From contig CAMAVB010000004.1 in NCBI GenBank assembly GCA_945861465.1, positions 11,687 to 75,686 of the forward strand: a stretch of 64,000 nt of DNA. The letters are read 5' to 3'. This document shows positions 27,497-36,556 of this stretch, in pieces; positions within the stretch are counted from its first letter, which is position 1; each line of letters opens with the position of its first letter. Source of the stretch: Candidatus Kuenenia stuttgartensis (lineage in GTDB: Bacteria; Planctomycetota; Planctomycetia; Planctomycetales; Planctomycetaceae). The notes under the pieces are model-generated. The model ran no database searches. It was not told the DNA's origin and was given only the letters and a program-made list of their open reading frames with translations. Position numbers and translations under genes: made by a program.

Positions 27497-27746
27497 GCAC
27501 ATGGCCAACAACGCCGCGTGGCTGGCCGGCTGTTGAAATCCATGCTGTCCAGCACTGTACCGGAGGGCTCACGCCGCTCCGCTCGCCAGGGTGGTGTTGT
27601 GATGCCTGCGAACGGGATCAGGAAACTGAAGATGATCGACCGCAAGCGTATCGCAACAGTACAGAAGGTAACGCAGGTTTTACTACGGAGAACTTGGCGT
27701 GGGCTTGGCCCGCAACCCAGAATGGAAGAAATGAAAGAAATTCTTA

Positions 27747-27816
27747 ACCACGGATTTCGCGGATTTCACAGATGAACACACTGCGACTTATCCGTGCAAT
27801 CCGCGAAATCCGTGGT
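27747..27816. repeat. 19-bp perfect inverted repeat
   Basis: accacggatttcgcggatt ... aatccgcgaaatccgtggt. Confidence 0.75.
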
Positions 27817-28015
27817 CGAATACAGCGATTGAAAATAAGTCAGCATTTTTCAATTCGATTTCTCCGTGGTCAATCCAGAATATCCGGTTCAAGTCGCGGA
27901 TACCCCCGATTCTTCGTTCGCGGGCAACCAGGTATTTGCAACGGAAGAACTCGACTTTCGACAAGAACGCTGCTAGCATGATCGGATCGTCTGGTTGCTT
28001 TTGCCAGACATTTGA

Positions 28016-28312
28016 ATGATGGGAAAACAAATGCCGACAATGAACATTTCAGTGACAAATGAATTGATCGAAATGGTTAACGGCAAGGTCAATTCGGGGT
28101 TGTATGGAGATGCCAGCGAAGTCATCAACGCGGCATTGCGTCTGATGGATGAGTATGATCAGTCCCAGCACTTTACAATCAGACAGATCGAACAGAAACT
28201 TGGGCGCGGATTGCAGCAGGCGGAAAAGGGTGAGTTCACCGAGCAATCAGTCGGGGACATTGTTGCAGAAGCCAAAGCGTTCAAACTTGCTAACCGTTCG
28301 TCCGCCACATGA
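28016..28312 (+). CDS. ParD-family antitoxin
   Basis: MNISVTNELIEMVNGKVNSGLYGDASEVINAALRLMDE is the canonical ParD N-terminus. The stop overlaps the toxin ATG (ATGA). The true start may be an internal Met (MPTMNISV). Confidence 0.85.
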   Translation: MMGKQMPTMNISVTNELIEMVNGKVNSGLYGDASEVINAALRLMDEYDQSQHFTIRQIEQKLGRGLQQAEKGEFTEQSVGDIVAEAKAFKLANRSSAT

Positions 28313-28644
28313 CCAATTATCGCTTAACGCTTGAAGCCAAAGCAGATTTAATTGAAATCTGGAACTACTCGGATGACCTGTGGGGGTCTGCGCAAGCCGA
28401 CCGATACGTCGAAGGTTTGGAAGTCTGTTTCCGCTCGATGGGAGAACTACCGACGCACGGCTGCGCAGAGTTGCTTCCTGATGCAACTTCCGATTTGTGC
28501 TTTTATCGCTATCAATCCCACTACGTATTCTTTCGAATGGTGTCCGGCACGGTAGAAATTCTGACCATTATTCGCGCCGCACGGCAAGGAATTGTTGAGC
28601 GTTTCTTGTCAGAACATCGATCAAGGCATCCTGATTCTTTGTGA
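28309..28644 (+). CDS. ParE/RelE-family toxin
   Basis: MTNYRLTLEAKADLIEIWNYSDDLWGSAQADRYVEGL...YRYQSHYVFFRMVSGTVEILTIIRAARQ shows the ParE hallmarks (A..DL..I..Y, Y.vfyr......i.il.ii...). Confidence 0.85.
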   Translation: MTNYRLTLEAKADLIEIWNYSDDLWGSAQADRYVEGLEVCFRSMGELPTHGCAELLPDATSDLCFYRYQSHYVFFRMVSGTVEILTIIRAARQGIVERFLSEHRSRHPDSL

Positions 28645-28739
28645 GTCCACTGCAGAAAACATGCTACGACAAATCACAACTTCACGACGTGAATGCCCGG
28701 TGAGCAGTATTGGTACTTTCAATAAAAATTTCACGGGGA

Positions 28740-29017
28740 CAGTTTTGCGATCTTTGCGTTCTTTTGCGGCTAAAACCTGTGGCTCCGTGAGGTGTTCTTG
28801 AACTCATGAATGGCCGCAAGAGAGCGCAAAGAACGCAAAGGGAAACGCAGTTTTTCAGCACGGAGGAAACGGTAGATTCGCAGGAAGACAGATGACAGGA
28901 AAATGGAGGGCAGAAACATTTGGAGCGGAGTTGCGTCATGGAGTTCTTAAACGACCGTTGATGGTTCCGCCATGCGGGTACCGGGGAATCTCAGTCGACG
29001 GAGCGACTGAGCTACGC
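28740..29017. repeat. third, diverged and 3'-truncated copy of the 351-bp composite repeat
   Basis: Same module order as 26791-27496 (ttgcgatctttgcgttcttttgcggc...ggccgcaagagagcgcaaagaacgcaaaggg...ggggaatctcagtcgacggagcgactgagctacg). It ends at the stop codon of the endonuclease-like gene. Confidence 0.8.
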
Positions 29018-29898
29018 TACTTCGCATCAAATAGCCGCATCGGATTGATTTTGAACTGCAGCATGTTTGCGGTCACACGACCATTGTCGCCGCCTTTTCG
29101 CTGCATGGTGATGCCGCCGATTTTCAGGTTGCCGGCTTTCGTGATTTCGACCGGGCCGTCGCTGAAGCACATGATGGCATCTGCGGATGACGTGATCACC
29201 CATTTGGGTTTGTCAGTCGCCTTCAATGTCACCATCATCCAGCCGGCGGCATGAATACCGTCACCGGCGAGCAGGTCGGATACAATCTCATCCTTGTTCG
29301 CCGTGAAGAATTCAACAACGGTCTGCTGAACATCCGGGTCCATCTCATCCAGATACATTCGCCTGCGGTCGCGGCTGGACTCATGTGGCGGCGTCTCACC
29401 GACATAGAGTTTCAATGCCTCAACGACATCGGGCGGCATTTTCCACAATGTTGCATAGGTCGCGAGCCAGCGCTTGTCGATCTGATTAAAGCCGTTCGGA
29501 CTGCTGACGAGCTTGATGGAAATTCTCTCGACGTTTTCGCCGGACTTCGTTCTGACTGTGACTTCGACGTCGGCTTTTTCTCTGTGTGGCTTTGAGGCCG
29601 TGACGTTGTCGATATCCGCAATCTCGTAATTCATCGCGGCCAGCCATGCTTGAGCATCCGCGTCGGACTGCCAGTTGTTGAACTTGTTGCGGATTTCGTC
29701 CTCGTTTCGGAAGCCGTTTTTCGCGGTCTTCGAACCAAGCTCGACTTTTGATGGGTCTGCATCCTGAGCGGGGAGGCTGCAACGAAGCCCGCGTCGGAGA
29801 CACGGGGAACATTCCTGTGCATGCGCAATCAGGCAGGAAGACTGCAATGCCAACAGAAAGATGAGTATTGGTTTCGTGGTCATACTCGTAACTCGCAC
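29017..29898 (-). CDS. HinP1I/MspI-like type II restriction endonuclease homologue with N-terminal signal-like extension
   Basis: VELGSKTAKNGFRNEDEI..., KADVEV...ISIKLVSSPNGFNQIDKRWL (D...S-x-K catalytic-type motif), and TMQRKGGDNGRVTANMLQFKINP. As I remember them, these match blocks of R.HinP1I and more distantly R.MspI. The N-terminus MTTKPILIFLLALQSSCLIAHAQE looks like a signal peptide. Confidence 0.65.
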   Translation of the reverse strand: MRVTSMTTKPILIFLLALQSSCLIAHAQECSPCLRRGLRCSLPAQDADPSKVELGSKTAKNGFRNEDEIRNKFNNWQSDADAQAWLAAMNYEIADIDNVTASKPHREKADVEVTVRTKSGENVERISIKLVSSPNGFNQIDKRWLATYATLWKMPPDVVEALKLYVGETPPHESSRDRRRMYLDEMDPDVQQTVVEFFTANKDEIVSDLLAGDGIHAAGWMMVTLKATDKPKWVITSSADAIMCFSDGPVEITKAGNLKIGGITMQRKGGDNGRVTANMLQFKINPMRLFDAK

Positions 29899-29930
29899 GC
29901 CGGAACTTCGCTGCGCTGCGGTCCGGCCTA

Positions 29931-30536
29931 CTACGCTCGTGCTTTTTCGAAGAGTTCTTCAACGTCCATCCGGAACCCCTTCAGGACTCTTGATACGGCA
30001 TGTTCAGTGCGGCCTGATCGGATCACGTCGCGATACTCACCGTCACGCAGGTGGAGTACTTGAATCGAATCATTGCGAGGATCAATCATCCAGTATTCGG
30101 CAATGCCGGCGGCAGCATAATCGCGACGTTTGTCCACCAGGTCACGATCCGGATCGTCAGGACTGATGACTTCGACAACCAGATCTGCCGTTTCCCAAAA
30201 CTGTTCCTGTCGCCGTTTTGAATTGGCCTTGGAGACAAACAAAACGTCAGGTTCTCGAAAGTGCCGCTCGCTGATTCGAACGCGAGTCGGGGCTGACATG
30301 ACGATTCCAAGACTGGATTGTTCTGCAAATCCATGCAACTGCAGAAACACAAGTCGTGCGATGAACTGATGCAGCAGTGATGGCACTGGCAGAACCTCCA
30401 CATTTCCGTGTACCAATTCCACCATGCGATTGCCGGGGAGCGAAAAATAGTCACCATCCCGCCACTCACCCTGACGCGGAAATAATTCCAGAATCGCCAC
30501 GCTGGCGTCATCGTTGGGCGCGTTGACAATTGACAT
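29931..30536 (-). CDS. Uma2-family (DUF820) endonuclease
   Basis: Y..LP....ELV.G...V.P.P...H, EPDVLFV and DLVVEVISP...RDLV.KRRDYAAAGI.EYW.ID motifs. Start at ATG 30536. Confidence 0.85.
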   Translation of the reverse strand: MSIVNAPNDDASVAILELFPRQGEWRDGDYFSLPGNRMVELVHGNVEVLPVPSLLHQFIARLVFLQLHGFAEQSSLGIVMSAPTRVRISERHFREPDVLFVSKANSKRRQEQFWETADLVVEVISPDDPDRDLVDKRRDYAAAGIAEYWMIDPRNDSIQVLHLRDGEYRDVIRSGRTEHAVSRVLKGFRMDVEELFEKARA

Positions 30537-30704
30537 TGCAAGGACACTTCCACGAAGATGAGTGGCGAATTGACGCCGCATTGAAAAAAGGTCTGACCTC
30601 GGAGTCGAATCGGCTTATCGTACTGCGACCTGACACTGTCGTGAAGTACAAATCGAACAATGTTTGGCGCGGACCTGTGTCCTGGCTGAGTTTCTGGAGC
30701 CCCT

Positions 30705-31724
30705 TTGATGTTGCCAACTGGAAATGTCCCACCATTGACTCCATCCCTCGATCGACGTCAGTTACTCGCGTATGCCGGGTTTGGTGCGGCTATGATGACA
30801 GCGGCTGGATCGACTGCCGTTGCGGCACAGCAGGCTGCGGCGACGGTTGAGCGTCGTCGGTATAACATGAAGAAGTCGATTAACCTCTGGGCTTTTCCGT
30901 ACCCCGCCAAGATGACGCTGCGTCAGTGTCTGCAGCTGGCGAAAGATGCCGGGTTTGACGGAATCGAGCTGAACTACGATCTGGACAGTGATCTGTCTCC
31001 AAAGTCCGGCACGAAGGAGTTCACGGCGATTCGGAAGATGGCCGAAGAAATTGACATCGCCATCAGCGGAGTTTGCTCATTCCTGTTCTGGCCGTATCCG
31101 CTCACCAGCAACGACCCCGCCGAGAGGGCTCGGGGAATGGAACTCGCGGGCCTGATGACTCAGGCGGCTCATGATCTGGGCACGAAGAATCTGCTGGTCG
31201 TGCCAGGTGCCGTCCACATGCCCTGGCGAGCAGATCACGATCCGACTCCGAACGATGTCTGCGACAAACGCGCGAAGGAAGCCATCGCCAAACTTCTGCC
31301 GAATGCGGAGAAACTGGATGTGTCGCTGAATATCGAAAACATCTTCTTCAACGGCTACCTGATGTCGCCGTTCGAAATGTGTGCCTTCGTCGATCATTTC
31401 TCCAGCGAGTGCGTCAACGTCCACTTTGACACTGGCAACATTATGGAGTACCAGTTCCCTGAGCACTGGATCCCGATCCTCGGCAAACGCATCCGCAACG
31501 TGCATCTGAAGGAGTATTCAAAGAAGAGCACCGACCATTCGCTCGAAGCCTTCCGCCCACTGCTCGACGGCACGACCAACTGGCCCGCCGTGATGCAGGC
31601 ATTTGAAGACATCGGCTACGACCGCTATCTGACGTTTGAGTATTTCCATCCGTACCTGCATCACCCCGAGGCATTGATTTACCAAACCGGGGATTCACTG
31701 GATCGGTTGCTGGGGAACAAGTAG
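30705..31724 (+). CDS. TAT-exported sugar phosphate isomerase/epimerase (xylose isomerase-like TIM barrel)
   Basis: Twin-arginine leader LDRRQLLAYAGFGAAMMTAAGST..A. AP-endonuclease-2/TIM-barrel pattern (GFDGIEL, LNIEN, HFDTGN, HLKEY). Confidence 0.75.
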   Translation: MMLPTGNVPPLTPSLDRRQLLAYAGFGAAMMTAAGSTAVAAQQAAATVERRRYNMKKSINLWAFPYPAKMTLRQCLQLAKDAGFDGIELNYDLDSDLSPKSGTKEFTAIRKMAEEIDIAISGVCSFLFWPYPLTSNDPAERARGMELAGLMTQAAHDLGTKNLLVVPGAVHMPWRADHDPTPNDVCDKRAKEAIAKLLPNAEKLDVSLNIENIFFNGYLMSPFEMCAFVDHFSSECVNVHFDTGNIMEYQFPEHWIPILGKRIRNVHLKEYSKKSTDHSLEAFRPLLDGTTNWPAVMQAFEDIGYDRYLTFEYFHPYLHHPEALIYQTGDSLDRLLGNK

Positions 31725-31798
31725 GCGAGCGGCAGGGCGTCAGCCCTCCGAGGTCGGCGCGATAATCTACACGGAGGGCTGACGCCCAGCCGCTCGCC
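31724..31798. repeat. REPIN-like palindrome (ggcgagcggcagggcgtcagccctccg family) between convergent genes
   Basis: ggcgagcggcagggcgtcagccctccg...cggagggctgacgcccagccgctcgcc. Probably also acts as a bidirectional terminator. Confidence 0.8.
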
Positions 31799-31810
31799 GA
31801 CATGCTGAAT

Positions 31811-33274
31811 TCAGCATTCCGGTGCTGACCAGCACAGCACTGGTTTTCTTGCGGCGTTGACTTCGTCGGGGCGGCAGACTGCAGTCGTGTGCGGCGCGCC
31901 TTTGACGAGGTCCGCGGGTTCGCTGCAGATGGTGCGGAGTGCGGTGGCAAAGGAGTCGAGGGTTTCCAGCGACTCGGTTTCCGTGGGCTCAATCATCATG
32001 GCTTCTTCAACGACGAGCGGAAAGTAGACTGTGGGTGCGTGGAAGCCATAATCGAGCAGGCGTTTGGCGATGTCCATGGTGGTGACACCCGTTTGCTCCT
32101 TAATCCTGCGGGCACTGGCGACAAATTCATGCATGCAGCGGTCGCCGTGGGGGACTTCCAGAAAATCCTTCACCTGGCTGAGGAGATAATTGGCGTTGAG
32201 CACTGCGTTTTCGGAGGCTTCCCGCAGGCCCTTGCCACCGAGCGTGCGGATGTAGAAGTAGCCGCGCAAAAGAATGCCGACGTTGCCGAAAAATGTGCGG
32301 ACCTGACCGATGGATTTGGCGGGCGTTGACAGGGAATACCAGTTCTTCGCCGCATCGTACTTCACGACAGGAGCGGGCAGGAACGGCGCGAGGAAATCAC
32401 GCACGGCGATCGGACCGGCTCCGGGGCCACCCGCTCCGTGTGGTCCTGTAAATGTCTTATGAACGTTGTAGTGCATCATGTCGCCGCCGAAGTCGCCGGG
32501 GCGAGTCTTGCCCAGGATCGCGTTCATGTTGGCTCCGTCGATATAGACGAGGCCACCGACGCCGTGCAGCATGTCGGCGACTTTAGCGATGTCGCGTTCA
32601 AAGAGCCCCAGCGTGTTCGGATTGGTCACCATAAAGACCGCAGTTCGATCGTCGAGCTGTGATTTCAGCTCGTCGAGATCGACGAAACCATTGCGGCCTC
32701 CGGCCAGCTGGACACATTCAAACCCTGCCAGCGCGGCACTGGCGGGGTTCGTGCCGTGAGCGCTGGTCGGGAAGAGAACTCGCGTGCGTTTTTCACCGCG
32801 ATCTTTGAAGTAGGCGGCGGCGGTCAGCAGGGCTGTGAATTCTCCCTGGGCTCCAGCGGCTGGATGCAGGGAGATCCCGGGCAGTCCGGAGATTTCGGCG
32901 AGCATGCCCTGCATTTCGAAGAGGATGCTGAGCAGTCCCTGAATCTGATCTTCAGGTTGATACGGATGACTCGTGGCGGCCTGCGGCAGGCGAGCCAGTC
33001 GTTCGTGGCGCTTGGGGTTGTATTTCATCGTGCAGCTGCCAAGCGGATAGAAGTGCGAATCGACGCTCATGTTGAGAGTGGACAGGTTCACGAAGTGCCG
33101 CACGACATCGGGCTCAGCGATTTCCGGCAATGGCAGCAGTTCGGTGGCGAGGTGCTCCGCGTCGATGGCGGGGATTGACGTGACGGGCGGGACGTCGGTT
33201 TCCGGGAAAACAATCGTGCCTCGACCAGCCTTGGACATTTCGAAGAGGAGTTGCGTGGCGGTTTGGTTTCGCAT
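31811..33274 (-). CDS. gcvPB: glycine dehydrogenase (decarboxylating) subunit 2
   Basis: Full-length match to the GcvPB pattern, including the PLP-lysine region HYNVHKTF and the GSCTMKYNP motif. Start at ATG 33274. Confidence 0.95.
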   Translation of the reverse strand: MRNQTATQLLFEMSKAGRGTIVFPETDVPPVTSIPAIDAEHLATELLPLPEIAEPDVVRHFVNLSTLNMSVDSHFYPLGSCTMKYNPKRHERLARLPQAATSHPYQPEDQIQGLLSILFEMQGMLAEISGLPGISLHPAAGAQGEFTALLTAAAYFKDRGEKRTRVLFPTSAHGTNPASAALAGFECVQLAGGRNGFVDLDELKSQLDDRTAVFMVTNPNTLGLFERDIAKVADMLHGVGGLVYIDGANMNAILGKTRPGDFGGDMMHYNVHKTFTGPHGAGGPGAGPIAVRDFLAPFLPAPVVKYDAAKNWYSLSTPAKSIGQVRTFFGNVGILLRGYFYIRTLGGKGLREASENAVLNANYLLSQVKDFLEVPHGDRCMHEFVASARRIKEQTGVTTMDIAKRLLDYGFHAPTVYFPLVVEEAMMIEPTETESLETLDSFATALRTICSEPADLVKGAPHTTAVCRPDEVNAARKPVLCWSAPEC

Positions 33275-33383
33275 GAAAGTGACCTGTTTGTCGCTTGACT
33301 CTCTGAGTCGAGTTATTTGCACGCCAAACTCGTAAGGCACGTTGCAAATGGGGCGTGGTGGGTTGGCTACTCGACTCGGAGAG

Positions 33384-34736
33384 TCAAGTTACTTCTTTCA
33401 GTGCCTTCGCAAAAGCTTCAATCTCGCCGCGCGTGCGTTTTTCTGTCAACGCGACGAGGAAGCAGTTCTGCCAATTGTCGATGTTGGTCATTTGAAAACG
33501 CGCGAGATCAGGGCCGACGTTCATGCCCTTTTCGGCGAGTGCGGTGAGGACTTCGGCGGCTGGTCGTGGTGTCTGCAGCAGGAATTCGCGGAAGAAAGGT
33601 TGTTGGAATTTCAGCGATACGCCCGGAATTTTTGTCAGCAGGTCAGCGGCGTATCGGGCTTTCTGGTGACTGAGTGTCGCCATTTGCTTCAGGCCACGCG
33701 GGCCAACGGTGGCGAGGAAAACTGTTGTCCGCAGCGCAAGCAAACCCTGATTCGTACAAATGTTGCTTGTCGCCTTGTCGCGGCGGATATGTTGTTCGCG
33801 CGCCTGGAGATTCAGAGCAAAACAGTCTCTGCCTTTGCGATCCGTGGTCTTGCCAATCAATCGACCCGGCATCTTGCGGACGTATTCGTTCCGACATGTA
33901 AAGATGCCAAGGAACGGTCCACCGTATTGCAGCGGAGTTCCCAGGGGCTGGCCTTCGGCGACCGCGATGTCAACTCCATAGTCGGCGGGCTTTTTCAGCA
34001 ATCCGGGGCTGACCGCGTCGAAGGCAAGAATCGACAACGCACCGGCTTCATGAGCGATCGCCGTCAGGGCCGCGACGTCTTCGAGACAGCCAAAGAAGTT
34101 GGGATGCTGGATGACGATGGCCGTTGTTTCGGAATCAACAGCTGCTCGGCATGTTTCCGAAGTAATGACGCCGTTTGTGTGTGGCAGCTCAACCAGTTGC
34201 GTACCAAGCCGTGCGAAGTACGTTTCCAGCACCTGCCGGTATTCAGGATGCAGAGTGCCCGCGACAGCAACCTTTTGATGGCGTCCATTGATTCGCATGG
34301 CCATGAACACGGCTTCGCTGACGGCCGTTCCGCCTTCGTAAAGACTGGCATTTGAAACATCCATGCCGGTGAGTTGCGAGATTAATGTCTGATATTCGTA
34401 GAACGCCTGCAGCGTTCCCTGGCTGGCTTCGGCCTGATAAGGCGTATAGGCCGTGTAGAATTCTCCGCGCGATGTGATTTCATCGACAACGGCCGGGATA
34501 AAATGGTCGTAAACTCCGCCACCCAGGAAGCAGGTTTTCAGCGACGTCCCACCCTGCCCCAGTCGTTGTTCCATTTCCTGCTGCAGCGCGAGTTCGGATG
34601 CTGCCGGCGGGAGGTTCAGTTCGCGTTTAAGTTGCAGCTCAGGTGGAATCTGAGCGAACAGATCGTCAACGTGCTGAATCCCGATCGCATGCAGCATGTG
34701 TTGCCGCTGTTTGGGAGTGTCAAAGAGATAGGGCAT
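33384..34736 (-). CDS. gcvPA: glycine dehydrogenase (decarboxylating) subunit 1
   Basis: MPYLFDTPKQRQHML, FLGGGVYDH, YTPYQAEASQGTLQ, TNQGL. Start at ATG 34736. Confidence 0.95.
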   Translation of the reverse strand: MPYLFDTPKQRQHMLHAIGIQHVDDLFAQIPPELQLKRELNLPPAASELALQQEMEQRLGQGGTSLKTCFLGGGVYDHFIPAVVDEITSRGEFYTAYTPYQAEASQGTLQAFYEYQTLISQLTGMDVSNASLYEGGTAVSEAVFMAMRINGRHQKVAVAGTLHPEYRQVLETYFARLGTQLVELPHTNGVITSETCRAAVDSETTAIVIQHPNFFGCLEDVAALTAIAHEAGALSILAFDAVSPGLLKKPADYGVDIAVAEGQPLGTPLQYGGPFLGIFTCRNEYVRKMPGRLIGKTTDRKGRDCFALNLQAREQHIRRDKATSNICTNQGLLALRTTVFLATVGPRGLKQMATLSHQKARYAADLLTKIPGVSLKFQQPFFREFLLQTPRPAAEVLTALAEKGMNVGPDLARFQMTNIDNWQNCFLVALTEKRTRGEIEAFAKALKEVT

Positions 34737-34845
34737 GAAAGGAATGACCAATGAGCAATAAAAAATAACCAATGACCCGGAAACCCGGCGATTCACTGGT
34801 CATTTGGATTTAGACATAGAGATTTTGGCATTGAGATTTGGGTGC

Positions 34846-35232
34846 CTAGTGCGTGGCGTTCTGGCAGTGCTTCAGATACTCAGCATGGCTGAGCAGATGA
34901 TTGACCTGCGATGGGTCTGCCATGCGAAATTTAAGAATCCAGGCTTTGTCGTACGGGCTTTCATTGAGCAGCGTCAAATTGTCGGGAAGAGCTTCGTTGA
35001 TGGCGGTCACTTCGCCCTGAACGGGTGCATAGATTTCGCTGACGGCTTTCACACTTTCGATTTCACCGATTGATTCCCCCGGCGAAAATTTCTTTCCGAC
35101 GGCAGGCAGCGACAGGTACACGATATCCGTCAGCAATTTGACAGCGAAATCTGAAATGCCGACCGTCGCAACGTCTCCATCAACAGCGACCCATTCATGA
35201 GTTTTCGCGAAACGCAGGTGGTCGGGTTTCAT
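34846..35232 (-). CDS. gcvH: glycine cleavage system H protein
   Basis: 128 aa with the lipoyl-lysine motif EIESVKAVSEIYAP and an N-terminal LRFAKTHEW. Confidence 0.95.
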   Translation of the reverse strand: MKPDHLRFAKTHEWVAVDGDVATVGISDFAVKLLTDIVYLSLPAVGKKFSPGESIGEIESVKAVSEIYAPVQGEVTAINEALPDNLTLLNESPYDKAWILKFRMADPSQVNHLLSHAEYLKHCQNATH

Positions 35233-35275
35233 GGTGAACAGCTTTCAAACTAAGAAAAGGCCATTGAGAATTAAA

Positions 35276-35773
35276 CTACTGCGGCGAGTTACCTGGCGGA
35301 ACACGCTTGTCATTTTCGCAGAATTGATTGCCGACTTCACGCTCCAGGTCTGCAATCTTCTGTAAACGTCGCGCGTGGCGACCCTCTTCAAATGGAGTCT
35401 TCAGCCAGATTCGAATGATCTGATCGGAAAGTTGATCGCTCAACTGATCGGCGGACAGGCAAATCACATTCGCGTCATTGTGCATCCGACTATATTCCGC
35501 GGTGACGCTGTCATGGCACGGTGCGGCGCGGACACCAGCGAATTTATTCGCAGCGATACACATGCCGATACCAGTGCCACAGATCAAGATACCGCGCTGC
35601 ATGTGTCCGTTGGAGACCTCACGGGCGACCTGAGCGGCATAGTCCGGATAGTCAACGCTATGCGCTTCAAACGGACCAAAGTCCTGGACGTCGCAATCCA
35701 GACTTTGCAGTAGCTGGGTGAGACGCATCTTCAACTGCACGCCGCGATGATCACTTGCGATGCCGATTTTCAT
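35276..35773 (-). CDS. rpiB: ribose-5-phosphate isomerase B
   Basis: MKIGIASDHRG, ILICGTGIGM.IAANK and HND.N motifs of RpiB/LacAB. Confidence 0.9.
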   Translation of the reverse strand: MKIGIASDHRGVQLKMRLTQLLQSLDCDVQDFGPFEAHSVDYPDYAAQVAREVSNGHMQRGILICGTGIGMCIAANKFAGVRAAPCHDSVTAEYSRMHNDANVICLSADQLSDQLSDQIIRIWLKTPFEEGRHARRLQKIADLEREVGNQFCENDKRVPPGNSPQ

Positions 35774-35779
35774 TTGAGT

Positions 35780-36283
35780 TTACGCATCTTTCCTGAATAG
35801 TTCATCGATCCAAATTCGTAGGTTGTCACGGATCTGCTGTGCACAACAGCGGTATTCATCCAAAGTTCCGCCGATTGGGTCCGCAATATCGGCTCCAGAT
35901 CGATTGAGCATTCGAAATCGGTGAGACAGGTCAGGTCGTGCTTCAAGCAAGGCCAGCCGATGTCGGTCTGTCATCGTGAGTACCAATGTGGATTCTCCCA
36001 GCATAGAAGCCGTAACCTGCTGGCTTAAATGCTGCGACAGATCCAAATCGCTCTCCCGCATGACTTGTACTGCTTCGCGTGTCGCCGGGTCACTTTCGCC
36101 CGCTGCGATTCCCGCAGAAAAGACATCAATCCCACGTTCTCGCAATTCCCAATCCCGGCAGTCAAGTTTTTCAGTCACGAGTTTACGGAACAGAGTCTCA
36201 GCCATTGGACTGCGACATGTGTTACCCGTGCAAACAAACAAAACACGCAGAACAGCGTCTGTCGCTTGACCGCTGTTGGTCAC
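35780..36283 (-). CDS. low-molecular-weight protein tyrosine/arginine phosphatase
   Basis: P-loop VLFVCTGNTCRSPMAE and a C-terminal DPIGG acid motif. Confidence 0.85.
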   Translation of the reverse strand: MTNSGQATDAVLRVLFVCTGNTCRSPMAETLFRKLVTEKLDCRDWELRERGIDVFSAGIAAGESDPATREAVQVMRESDLDLSQHLSQQVTASMLGESTLVLTMTDRHRLALLEARPDLSHRFRMLNRSGADIADPIGGTLDEYRCCAQQIRDNLRIWIDELFRKDA

Positions 36284-36556
36284 GTTGGCTGTCCTTTGTC
36301 AAAAGAATCGAGGATTTGAGTGAAAAAATGCAAGACAGGAACACGGTCAAATCGAATACTTTGTGCGCCCGTTCCCGCGTTTTTGCGGTAGATGATCGCT
36401 GAAAATTTCCAGAATCTCAAGGTGATGGGCCGAATAACTCCCGGAAATCAAAGTAACAAATTCCGTGGCAACTCCATTTTCAGTCTGTGTCCACCAGGGT
36501 AAGATGCAATCGGTCACTCTGGAAATTGCCGTAATAACAACGAAAATGGGGACTGA

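Noticed and set aside
27095-27775. 226-aa plus-strand ORF (and 26802-27053, 28892-29254 and similar)
   Set aside because: These ORFs lie entirely within the composite repeats, their peptide sequences simply mirror the repeats, and they have no motif. Such artefactual ORFs are expected in REP clusters.
26791-29017. Possible CRISPR array, because of the conspicuous repeated units
   Set aside because: The repeat period is 351 bp and the copies are composites of REP hairpins. There are no short (25-40 bp) regularly spaced repeats with unique spacers, and no cas genes in the window.
33342-34355. 337-aa plus-strand ORF antisense to gcvPA; likewise 25841-26758, 14927-15526, 17824-18507, 44416-45186, 45897-46607, 60241-60999 and 63062-63751
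   Set aside because: All lie inside, and antisense to, genes with unambiguous family signatures. Their R/S/H/Q-rich composition is typical of shadow ORFs.
35233-35275. Glycine riboswitch upstream of the gcvH-gcvPA-gcvPB cluster
   Set aside because: Only 43 nt separate gcvH from rpiB, and the spacer shows none of the conserved glycine-aptamer features. gcvT is also absent from this cluster. The operon appears to be transcribed with or from rpiB or the phosphatase gene upstream.
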